From the NCBI GenBank assembly GCA_002269645.1, contig NIVC01002210.1, positions 128,086 to 192,085 of the forward strand: a stretch of DNA of 64,000 nucleotides. Reading direction: 5' to 3'. Below, piece by piece: positions 1 through 10,862 of the stretch (positions are counted from its first letter, which is position 1; each line of letters begins with the position of its first letter). This DNA is from Macrostomum lignano. Lineage: Eukaryota. The position numbers and the translations under genes are program-made. The notes under the pieces were generated by a model that saw only the letters and a program-made list of their open reading frames with translations, ran no database searches and was not told the origin of the DNA.

Positions 1-264
1 TCGCTAAGGCCTTTTCGGATCCTGCTACGGTCCAATACTCGAAAATTTTTATCGCAGTTGGGCACAGTCACTATGGACAAGATCTCAATAACACGGAGAA
101 GTACTCAGACGCACTAAGAATGATCGAAGGAGTGACAAGACACATGGAAAAGACACGAGACATCTGTGGGACACAGGAGCTTCAAGAGTGTCCTTCAGGC
201 TGTAGGGAATTCACCTGGAGAGACACAGGAGCTTCACACCTCGACGAGCGGTAAGACACCTGTA

Positions 265-558
265 AGAGTGACAAGACACATTGCGGATTGCCAAGACACC
301 TAGAGGAGTAAAAAGACACTTGGGGGAGTGACAAGACGCATGGAAGAGTGAAAAGACACCTGTGGGAGTGACAAGACGCATGGAAGAGTGACAAGACGCA
401 TGAGAGAGTGACAAGACGCATGGAAGAGTGACAAGACGCATGAGAGAGTGACAAGACGCATGAGAGAGTGACAAGACGCATGAGAGAGTGACAAGACGCA
501 TGAGAGAGTGACAAGACGCATGAGAGAGTGACAAGACGCATAGGGGAGTGACAAGACC
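265..558. repeat. 20-bp minisatellite (GAGAGTGACAAGACGCATGA)n, intronic
   Basis: Direct tandem copies visible; explains the repetitive ORFs at 182-647. Confidence 0.9.
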
Positions 559-610
559 CACGCTTGAAATTCTCTTAAAAAGACGTTGAAAAAACCCTTG
601 AAAAGCTCAC

Positions 611-1566
611 CTGCCGTGAAGATCCGTCGCATTGACGTCCTCGCCATCGTCGGCGAAGGCTTTGACGAACTGCAACGAGGCGCCGGGCTGCACCGCCAGG
701 ATCAGGCTGGTCTCGCCCAGCTGGCAGCAGCCGCCGCCGCGCCTGCCCGGGCCGCGGATCAGCGCCTCGGCCGCGGCCAGGTGACCCAGCCGGATCGCCT
801 CGGTGAGCAGGCGGCTCTGAAACTCCGCGTCACCGGTGGCCTCGGCGGCTCCGAGTTCCAGCAGTTGGTACACCACCGGCACCCAGTCCATCTGGACGGC
901 TCGCTCCAGCGCCGCGCCCAACTGTTCGAATCCTTCGCTGGCGGGATGGCTCAGCCAACGCTGAACATCCAGGAAGTTTCCTCCAGCCACCGCGGCAAGC
1001 AGACTGTCGACTGCGTCTTCCGTCTGGTTGAGCTCCGGCTGGGCTTCGACTGAGTTGCTGGAGTCGGGGATCTCGTCCGCCTGAATGTCCGGGATGTCAC
1101 CGTCTGATTCTTCGTCTGACTCGTCAGTCGCTTCTGAATGTTCTGACGACCTAGAAGCCGCTTCAAGTGTCCCGGGTCCTTCAGGCTGTAGCGAGTCCAT
1201 CGGAAGAGACACGAGCGCTTCAGGTGTCCCGGGTCCTTCAGGCTGTAGCGAGTCCACCGGAAGAGACATGAGCGCTTCAGGTGTCCCGGATCCTTCAGGC
1301 TGTAGCGAATCCACCGAAAGGGACTCGGGCGCTTCAGGTGTCTCGGATCCTTCAGGCTGTAGCGAATCCACCGAAAGGGACTCGGGCGCTTCAGGTGTCC
1401 CGGGTCCTTCAGGCTGTTGCAAATCCAGCTGAGGAGACCCGGATACTTCAGGGTCAAGAGCATCGTGCAGTTCATTCTCATCTTTGATTTTGTTGAATTT
1501 GTCGCAGTTAAAACTCAGCTGTCCATTGTCCATCTGAAGACCCGTAGACTTAGGAAGTGGATCCAT
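611..1566 (-). CDS. Ankyrin-repeat protein, first coding exon (gene continues beyond the left edge)
   Basis: ATG at 1566 opens a 319-aa frame: acidic/Pro-rich N-terminus with five 19-aa repeats, then ankyrin-like motifs (LLTEAIRLGHLAAAEALI, GETSLILAVQ, GEDVNATDLHG). It ends at a consensus donor GGCAG|GTGAGC (exon end 611). No downstream exon was identified in the window. Confidence 0.75.
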
Positions 1567-2097
1567 AATTGAGTCTGGGTATTTGATGTCGTGGCTAAAA
1601 CAGGTTTTTCAAAGAAAATTTATTATGTCATACAAACGGAAGTTTCGCAGATACAACACTCTATAATAAAACTTTAGTACCTAGTTTCAGCACAGTAAAT
1701 AATTTTAGCGCGCACCAGCTGAGCAGCAGTGTACGTTTCTAAAAAAGATCCGAGAAACCAATGAGAATGCGCGAAGGCTTGGCTTGGAGAGAGTAGGGGG
1801 TGGGTTGCGCAGAGAGAATATGCGCCAGTTAGAATACCCACCCCCTCTGAACTGTACTTCGTACTTCAGCGTGTACAGATAGTGAATTAAATAACTCAGC
1901 GAATGTATTAGTGTCCAGGACGCATCTAGTTGTACATAGCGGATGTACAGATAAGTCCACTGTATCATACTCGTCGGTACAGCTGATCAGGCCTTTCTTA
2001 AGCCGCAAATATCAATCAAATAAGTGAAGAAGCAACATAGCACTTTAGTCAGTAAATAATCTGTGATAGATTATTGGTCATTTTATCAATTAATCAT

Positions 2098-2149
2098 TCA
2101 GTCAGTCAATCAGTCAATCAATCAATTTATTAAATCAATCAATCAAATC

Positions 2150-2195
<46 letters not shown>

Positions 2196-2224
2196 TAATT
2201 AATAAATCAATTAATAAATAAATA

Positions 2225-2261
<37 letters not shown>

Positions 2262-2300
2262 ATCAATCAATCAATTAATTAATAAATCAATTAATTAATA

Positions 2301-2337
<37 letters not shown>

Positions 2338-2388
2338 GTCAATCAATCAATCAATTAATTAATAAATCAATTAATTAATAAATAAATA

Positions 2389-2435
<47 letters not shown>

Positions 2436-2460
2436 TAATTAATAAATCAATTAATTAATA

Positions 2461-2511
<51 letters not shown>

Positions 2512-2536
2512 TAATTAATAAATCAATTAATTAATA

Positions 2537-2567
<31 letters not shown>

Positions 2568-2568
2568 T

Positions 2569-2607
<39 letters not shown>

Positions 2608-2690
2608 TAATTAATAAATCAATTAATTATTAAATCAATCAATCAATCAATCAATAAATTAATCAATCAATCAATCAATCAGTCAATCGA
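2098..2690. repeat. (AATC)n/(AATT) microsatellite
   Basis: About 600 bp of AATC interspersed with AATT/AATA. Confidence 0.95.
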
Positions 2691-2778
2691 GTGATCAAAT
2701 AATCATTTCAAAGCTAGCAAAACTAATTTTAGTCGCCAAAACCGCCACCATTCCCAGCGGGCGGCTCGCTCTACACAG

Positions 2779-5094
2779 TGTGGGAGTACCCGATCGAAGA
2801 GCAGTATACCGATATGTTTCGTCGAATGTCCGGCTGGGGATTCTTCAACACCACCGAGGAGGCCCTGAGCCTTGTCAGCACGGGCCAGTGGGCCATGTTC
2901 ATGGAGACGCCGCTGATCAAGTACTACATGGGCAAGGACTGCGACCTCACCAGCACTGGCGAGATCCTAAGTTCGAGACCCTACGGCATCGCTCTGCAGA
3001 AGAACTCTCCTCTGACCAGCCTCTTTAATATGGCGTAAGGCTATATGCTTTAACTGGATTTTTCCAAACAATTTCACCAGTTTCTTCAGGAGCGTCAAGA
3101 TGAGTGTGTCAGGGAGTGCCGAAATGAGTGTGTCAGGGAGTGAGAATGTGAGTGTGTCAGGGAGTGAGAATGTGAGTGTGTCAGGGAGAGCCGAAATGAG
3201 TGTGTCAGGGAGTGAGAATATGAGTGTGTCAGGGAGTGAGAATGTGAGTGTGTCAGGGAGTGCCAAAATGAGTGTGTCAGGGAGTGAGAATGTGAGTGTG
3301 TCAGGGAGTGAGAATATGAGTGTGTCAGGGAGTGAGAATATGAGTGTGTCAGGGAGTGAGAATATGAGTGTGTCAGGGAGTGAGAATATGAGTGTGTCAG
3401 GGAGTGAGAATATGAGTGTGTCAGGGAGTGCCGAAATGAGTGTCAGGGAGTGCCAGCATGAGTGTGTCAGGTAGTGCCAAGATGAGTGTGTCAGGTAGTG
3501 CCAAGATGAGTGTGTCAGAGAGTGCCAAGATGAGTGTGTCAGAGAGTGCCAAGATGAGTGCGTCAGGGAGTGCCAAGATGAGTGTGTCAGAGAGTGCCAA
3601 GATGAGTGTGTCAGAGAGTGCCAAGATGAGTGCGTCAGGGAGTGCCAAGATGAGTGTGTCAGAGAGTGCCAAGATGAGTGTGTCAGGGAGTGCCAAAATG
3701 AACGCTTTTGAATGCTGCTTGACATACAGCCGGGCACAATTCCTGACCGTCAATTTCAGCATACTCAACATGCAGAACGATCGGTCGCTGGAGTCCTACA
3801 AAGTTTACTGGTGGGAACGGGAGAAGGTGCAGTGCTCCACGGAGAAAGTTTCCTCTGGTGAGTGCAGCATTTAGTCTGGGCACACTCAACAGGCGGGATA
3901 GTGCTGACAGAAATTCCAGAATGAGGCTAAGGTATGGGAGAGGAAGAGAGATGGGAGAGGGAGAGAGGTGAGAAAGGGAGAGAGGTAAGATAGGTAGAGA
4001 CGTGAGATAGAGAGAGAGCTGAGATAGGGAGAGAGGTGAGAGAGGGAAAGAGATGAGATAGGTGAGAGAGGTGAGAGAGGGAGAGAGGTGAGATAGGGAG
4101 AGAGATGAGATAGGGAGAGAGATGAGAGAGGGAGAGAGATGAGAGAGGGAGAGAGCTGGGAGAGGGAGAGAGGTGAGAGAGGGAGAGAGGTGAGAAAGGG
4201 AGAGAGCTGAGATAGGGAGAGAGGTGAGGTAGGGAGAGAGGTGAGAGAGGGAGAGATATGAGAGAGGGAGAGAGGTGAGAGAGGGAGAGATGGGAGAGAG
4301 AATTAAGAGGCAGGAACCCAGTCCCATTGAGCAAAGCAGCCAGAGGCAGCCATCGCTCGCCAACCCGCCACTGCCGCATTCCACCAGGCGTGCAGCTGAA
4401 GACCCTCAGCGGAGTCTTCGTGCTGCTTGGCGCCGGCATTGGCGCCGGCTTCATTGTGCTGATCGTTGAGTTCGTGGTGGCCAAGGTTTGGGGCACGGAG
4501 CGGTTCAAACCGGTGAGCTAGGGCTGGACATTGGAGCGGTGTACATTAAAGCAGTGTACATTGAATCAGTGTACATTGTAGCAATTTACATCAGATCAGT
4601 GTACATAGGATAAGTGTACATTGTAGCAATGTACATTGGAGCAGTGTACATAGGATAAGTGTACATTGTAGCAATGTACATTGGAGCAGTGTACATTGGA
4701 GTGCACCAGACTGCAAATGAGCTCGAAATAAAAATCCGCCAATCCCCAGGACTCAATGATTGTGACTCACCTGGCGCCCAGACCGGCCTCACTCCGCCGA
4801 AGTCAGAGACGGGCCAGCCACTGCAGCAGTGCCCAAGGCGGCGGCCTCAACAATGGATGCGGCGATGAGCACCCGTCAGACCGTGTCGCCAGTGCAGGCA
4901 GCGGTTACAAGTCACCGAACCGACTCAGCATCAACAACGGTGGTCACGAAGGTCACGGAGGTCACGGAGGTCACGGAGGTCAAGAAAACGACGGCTTCCG
5001 AATGGACGAACTGGCGGAGCCGGAGCAGGCTGCTGTCGCCGCCGCCGATGCGGCCGATCCTGAAGCTGGAGGAGGCGAGCACCGATTCCTTTGA
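2779..5094 (+). CDS. Ionotropic glutamate receptor family, IR25a/IR8a-like; last four exons (S2 lobe, M4, C-tail)
   Basis: Exons 2779-3034, 3760-3857, 4388-4512, 4750-5094 join with GT-AG and consistent phase: VWEYPIEEQY...DCDLTSTGEILSSRPYGIALQKNSPLTSLFNMAILNMQNDRSLESYKVYWW..C..GVQLKTLSGVFVLLGAGIGAGFIVLIVEF (S2 + M4), stop TGA at 5094. The 5' exons are not in the window. Confidence 0.88.
3099..3697. repeat. 24-bp minisatellite (ATGAGTGTGTCAGGGAGTGAGAAT-like) in iGluR intron
   Basis: Tandem copies between donor 3035 and acceptor 3759. Confidence 0.9.
3925..4300. repeat. Polypurine (GA-rich) tract in iGluR intron
   Basis: Almost pure G/A degenerate repeats on the + strand. Confidence 0.9.
4530..4705. 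repeat. GTGTACAT-based minisatellite in iGluR intron
   Basis: Repeated GCAGTGTACATTG / GCAATGTACATTG units. Confidence 0.8.
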
Positions 5095-5949
5095 GTAGAT
5101 TTAGATGAGGAAGACTTGTGAGCAATGCAAAGAGTCAGTTTGGACATGGAAATGGACTGAGTACATTTGGACTGTATTTTTACATACTAATCTCTAAGGT
5201 TTAACAAGCAAAATGTATTACATGCACTGCATCTGCACTGAGCACAGAGGTTCAAAACATATAGACGAGTATTTACACTCATTAATAGTGAAATTGTGTA
5301 CTATTATTTTACCATTGTCTACCACACTATTTGATCATTGTTTGTGAATTAAAAATTAAGATAGTACTTTGTGTACTTTAGTTAAATTTTGAATTGTAAA
5401 GACTGCGTATCATCAGCTTAAAGCATAAAAATAAAATTCAGGTAAATAAAAGTACACAATGCAGAACCCCCGTGACACTTGGCCCTTAAGTTTTTTAGGC
5501 GCGCACATGTCTGCAGTATCCTATTATTAGTAGCGCACCTACATTTTGTGCTGATAAATTTTATTTTCAAACTGAAAGCTGCGCAGCAGATTTGAGTGCT
5601 ATTTTTTACAGAATACTTCTCGCCACATTCCCGTTTTGAAACTAATGCTGAGCATTCCTGAGTATACTGATTCCCACTGCACTACTGGACCGTATTCTTC
5701 GTGCATCAGCTGCTTACCTATACGCTGTGAATCCTATTAATATGCATAATTACACTGCACAGACACTTGATGCATGTTGAGAAGTACTGAAAGTTAAACG
5801 GTTTTTGATGAATAATTTTATGGCATGGACTGATCCGCGCATTGCACAGTTAATATTAATCAGTTTTTCTGAGTTGCTGTGGACACATTCTTTTATGTAT
5901 GCTCTGGTGGGCAAACTAAATTGACTGGAAGTATTACTAGGTACTTATA

Positions 5950-6335
<386 letters not shown>

Positions 6336-6794
6336 GACTCGTGCAAATGCAGATCTAGAGAGAAATTGATTGACAGAAATCAGCTCCCGCCACAGAGTCG
6401 GACTCAAGCAGCTATTGTTGGGAACAATGCTATTCGGCACAGTGATTTCTTTTGTCCCATTGTAATTGACAATCGAGACGCAAAGCCAATATTGGGCAAT
6501 ACAATTGGCATGTCTCTGTCTTGCCCAAGATAATTGCACAATGCTTTGCAGCAAAAAGCTGTGCTAACGTCGCTGACTTTCGAATGCTTTCAAAAAGCCT
6601 TAACCTCGGGACTCTGTTGAAGCGACTTCGGGGGAAAACAATGTAGATAACGACAATATTTCCGTGGGCCATTGTTCTTCATTGCTGCTGAAAAAATAGA
6701 GAACTTTGAAACAGAAAACAAGCGACAAATCTGCGACGCAGCTTTGTCTACTTAAACGCATCGGAAATCCGATGTGGCAACTGGGCCGGTCGCC

Positions 6795-7538
6795 ATGCCT
6801 TTCTGTCTGCTCACAGCTGCCGCCATCCTGCTGACGGGCGCTCTGGCCACCGAGTTTTTGGAAATCGACGCCCCATTCTGCATCAGGCCGGAGTTCGTGG
6901 ACAACCGCGCCGATGCCACGTCGAAGATCGAATGCGCCGGCCTGTGCGACATCACGCCGGACTGCCAGGCTGCCAGCGTGGCTGACGGCACCTGCCAGCT
7001 GTTCGTGTTCAACAGGTGCAGCAAGTACGTGCGTGACTGCAACTGTACTCGCCGGGCCGCGGTGCTGATGAAGCGGCAGCCGGGCGTGCCGCCGGGAGCC
7101 CTGTGCCCGACTGGCTACGCTGACGACTACTGCGGAGCCAAGTACAAACTGTTTAAAGATGCCAAAGACTTCAACGTGGCCAAGACTTTGATCGACTCTG
7201 AGCCCGGCTTCACCATCATGGCCGATGTCACCGACATGGACGAGATTATTCACCTGGAGAGAATTTTCACTAGGGACAACCTCATGAAGGTGCTGCTGGG
7301 CGGCACACAGCCGCCAGGCAGCGAGGAACCGGCTGGCGGGTGGATCTGGGACAGCTGCAGGCTCAGCATCAGCGCCGATCTGTGGATGGAGAATCAGCCG
7401 AATAACGCTGGTAAAATAGAGAACGCCACAATCTCTGGTGCCGGAATTGTGGGCATTAACGATGGCCGGTCAGTGCAAAATTCTTTGGTGGTTGGCTACA
7501 ACGGAACACTGGCCGAGTGCCTGTCGCCCTTCAACTGA
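6795..7538 (+). CDS. Secreted PAN/apple-like + C-type lectin-like protein, single exon
   Basis: GCCATG at 6795; signal-peptide-like MPFCLLTAAAILLTGALA; Cys pattern IECAGLCDITPDCQAA..GTCQL (PAN/apple-like); CPTGY..YKLFKDAKDF, LLGG, GGWIWD, W..NQPNN, GIND (C-type lectin-like); AATAAA at 7614-7619. Confidence 0.75.
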   Translation: MPFCLLTAAAILLTGALATEFLEIDAPFCIRPEFVDNRADATSKIECAGLCDITPDCQAASVADGTCQLFVFNRCSKYVRDCNCTRRAAVLMKRQPGVPPGALCPTGYADDYCGAKYKLFKDAKDFNVAKTLIDSEPGFTIMADVTDMDEIIHLERIFTRDNLMKVLLGGTQPPGSEEPAGGWIWDSCRLSISADLWMENQPNNAGKIENATISGAGIVGINDGRSVQNSLVVGYNGTLAECLSPFN

Positions 7539-8896
7539 TGGAACGCGACGTCGTCTAGAGAATGATGATTTCCCCTAAACTCATTGAAACTGTCATGATG
7601 TTTGAGAATTTTGAATAAAAATTCAAGCACATTGGCCGCAAGGCTGTTTGAAATCCAATCTAAATACGACGTATACTAAATCTCTAATCTATGTCTGTCT
7701 GTCTGTCCGTGTAAAACGCTCCACAGACTGCAATTCTTAACCAATTTTGATCGCGTTTTCGCCAAAACATTTGTAATTAGCCAAGGATCGTATGGTTAAA
7801 ATTTCTTTAATCTGCTTCAATTCTAAAGGTCTTAAATATTCAAAAAACTGTATTTTCCCTATCTAATTAGTGTATTTTTCTCGCAGTGAGAGCTCGAAAA
7901 ATAATAATACGTCTATGGCCATAGACTAAACTTTAATTTCTTGAGCTGATGCTACGAGCTATAAATAATTAAATATTCGAAATCTTCAGTATATGCACAA
8001 GGAACAAAAAAATATATTAAATTAATTTTCATTTATTTGTAGCTTGTGCCTGGACTAATCGCTAAAATGCAGACGATGCAAAATCTTAGTTGCATTGATG
8101 TGCAAAAGACTGCCAATATCTATCGAAAAATTGATTATATATAGTGAGCCGTACAATGCTGAGTAAATTTCTAGATTGATAAAAGGATCATTTGCAGTTT
8201 GCTGAGGATACTGAGGGGCCAGCCGAGAGAATAACTGCAGACTGCTGAGGTTATAAATGAGAGTTATTGTAGACTGCAAATGGATTGACTGCAGACTTCT
8301 GAGGGGAACTGCAGATTGTCAAAGAGATCGTTCATGCAGACCTTCCAGACTTAAGAGCGCATAGCTGCAAACTATTGAGTGGATAATTATTTACAGAGTT
8401 TTGAGTGGATTGTTGAGGGGATTCCTGCGGACTGCTAAGTGAATTATTGTAGTTTGCTGAGAAGACAATTCTGGGCCACTGAGTGGATAATTGTTTAATC
8501 TGCAGGCTGCTAAGAGTTTGACTGCAGTTTGTTTGCAGGATTACAAGGGATAGCTAATTTCAGGTTGTTGTGGGGATAACTGCCAATTTCTGGGGGAAGG
8601 GTTAACTTCAAACTGCTGAAGTTACTAAACTTCTTGAATAGTATAAGGCTTTTAGTAGAAGGTCGGCAGTTCGAGCAGCATTGCTAATCTGCTGTAAGTG
8701 TTAATTTGCAGAGGGTACATGTATTACTAATCTGGGAGAGCATTGCTAATCTGACGCATACAATAAAGTGATAAATATGTAAGACGATTGCAAATCAAAT
8801 TTAAACTGCAAGTTGCAAACATTTCAAATGGTTTCGATTATTTAGAAGCATATGGCGATTAGTGGCCCTGATTGTGCAAAACAGTGCTGGTGAGCC

Positions 8897-9055
8897 ATTG
8901 CTAAACTGCTGGTGAACAAATTGCTAAACTGCTGGTGAAACATTGCTAAACTGCTAGTGAACCATTGCTAAACTGCTGGTGAAGCATTGCTAAACTGCTG
9001 GTGAACCATTGCTAAACTGCTGGTAAACAAATTTCTAAAGTGGTGGTGAACCATT
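8897..9055. repeat. 22-bp tandem repeat (CCATTGCTAAACTGCTGGTGAA)n
   Basis: About 7 copies; further copies at 10066-10115. Confidence 0.85.
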
Positions 9056-10284
9056 GTATTGTTAACGAAAGGCTACTTTTAAAGAGAAGTGCAAGTGCAA
9101 GTTAAGTGCAAGTTGTTGCGGGGATTACTGTGGACTGCTAAGTGAATTATTTTAGTTTGCTGAAGGGACAATTCTAGGCCGCTGAGGGTATAAATGCTAA
9201 TTAATGAAAGTGGATAAATGCCTACTGCTAAAAATGACTGCAGTCTGTTTTGCGGGATAATATAGAGGGATGATTTCAGGTTGTTTTAGGGATAGCTGCC
9301 GATTTCTGGGGGGTGTTAACTTCAAACTGCTGAAGTTACTAAACTTCTTGAATTGTAGAAGGTTTATTTCGACCAGCTGTCAATAGGCACAATGGGAGAT
9401 TATACATACGGTACTAGAGGTAAACAATAAGCAAAATCACGAGTGGCGTAGCCACAAGTGATCTTTTCTTATTGTTTAACGATAGTACCGTATGTATAGA
9501 CTTATTGTCACTATCGTTTAGCATACTCGACTAGAAGCATTGTTTAACACTGAAGCGTTGTTTAACGATGTCTCAGCGAATCAGAAACGTCCTAGACTGC
9601 GCAGGTTTTGGCCATAGACATCGACAACGACATCGACACTGCCATAGGAAGCGCTATGGAGCGATTCCAGCTGTACCATAGACTATCGAGTGAATATTTT
9701 CAATCATCGTTAAACAATCAATCTTTGACTGAAGCGTTGTTAGTATGGTAAACCATAGTAACAATAGCCGCAGTAAGCAGGCAGTAACAGGCATAGACTG
9801 AAGGTCGGCAGTTCGAGCCTGAATTGAAGCAGCGAATTTATTTCTGTGACCTGTGACAATATTTACTGTCTCCTATCTTTAAATTTAAAGATACTTTTGC
9901 TGGGGCTGCGTTAATCTTCTAGAGCAGTGCTACTCTGATGTAAGTGCTAATTTGCAGGAGGTATTACTAATATGGGTGAGCAGCACTAATCGGGGAGAGC
10001 AGTGCTAATCTGACGTACAATAAACTAATAAATATGTAAGAGGATTGAAAATCAATTTCAAATGGAACCATTGCTAAACTGCTGGTGAAGCATTGCTAAA
10101 CTGCTGGTAAACAATTGCTAAAGTTATTAAATTTTTTAATAAAAACTTATTTTAAAGAGAAGAAAACTCAACGCAAGAAAAAGCGAAAAAGAATCACCAT
10201 GTCAACTATAAGAGAAGCAGCCTGTCGAGCATAAAAAGGCTGGTATGGGAAATTGCTTCGATGTCAAGACTCATGGAAGAATTT

Positions 10285-10650
10285 CTGAGATGTCAAGACT
10301 TACTGAGGGAATTTCTGAGATGTCAAGGCTTATTGGGCTGGGAGAATTGAGCAGATGCCTAGGCTCGAGTTTAATTGCTGCGATGTCAAGGCTTACTGGG
10401 GGAATTGCTGAGATGTCAAGGCTTACTGGGGGAATTGCTGAGATGTCAAGGCTTACTGGGGGAATGGCTGAGATATCAAGGCTTACTGGGGGAATTGCTG
10501 AGATGTCAAGGCTTACTGGGGGAATTGCTGAGATGTCAAGGCTAACTGGGGGAATTGCTGAGATGTCAAGGCTTACTGGGGGAATTGCTGAGATGTCAAG
10601 GCTTACTGGGGGGGAATTGTGAGATTCAAGACTTACTGGGGGAATCACTG
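10285..10650. repeat. 30-bp minisatellite (GAGATGTCAAGGCTTACTGGGGGAATTGCT)n
   Basis: Tandem copies; gives the spurious EMSRLTGGIA ORF. Confidence 0.9.
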
Positions 10651-10862
10651 AGATGTCGAGACTTACTGATTCTAATAAAGAGGGGTCTAAGGCCGTCAGG
10701 GATTGGCATACTGAGCTCCTGCAGACCAGAATATAACTAGGCCAATGACAATACCTACTAAGAGTTGTTGCTTGAAAGGATAAACACTATTTGCTAATTG
10801 AGAAAGGGAAAGACAAGCGCTAAACTGCTAAAAAGCCACCCGGAGGGGGGCTAAATGGCTAG

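Larger units (their letters stand above)
7654..10862 (+). mobile_element. Non-autonomous Helitron-like element A
   Basis: Starts A|TCCAATCTAAAT..TATACTAAATCTCTAATCTATGTCTGTCTGTC; ends with a GC-rich imperfect hairpin (GCCACCCGGAGGGGGGC) followed 7-8 nt later by CTAG (10859-10862). No TIR/TSD. Contains internal duplications and minisatellites; no Rep/helicase ORF. Confidence 0.6.

Noticed and set aside
3-254. Open + strand frame AKAFSDPATVQYSKIF.. at the left edge
   Set aside because: No recognisable motif and no clear link to the iGluR or the ankyrin gene; too little context.
182-647. Three overlapping ~115-aa ORFs (MRLVTLSCVLSLSHASCHS..)
   Set aside because: Translations of a 20-bp intronic minisatellite.
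586-1487. + strand ORFs 586-1053, 1085-1432, 1281-1487
   Set aside because: Antisense shadows of the GC-rich ankyrin exon and its repeat.
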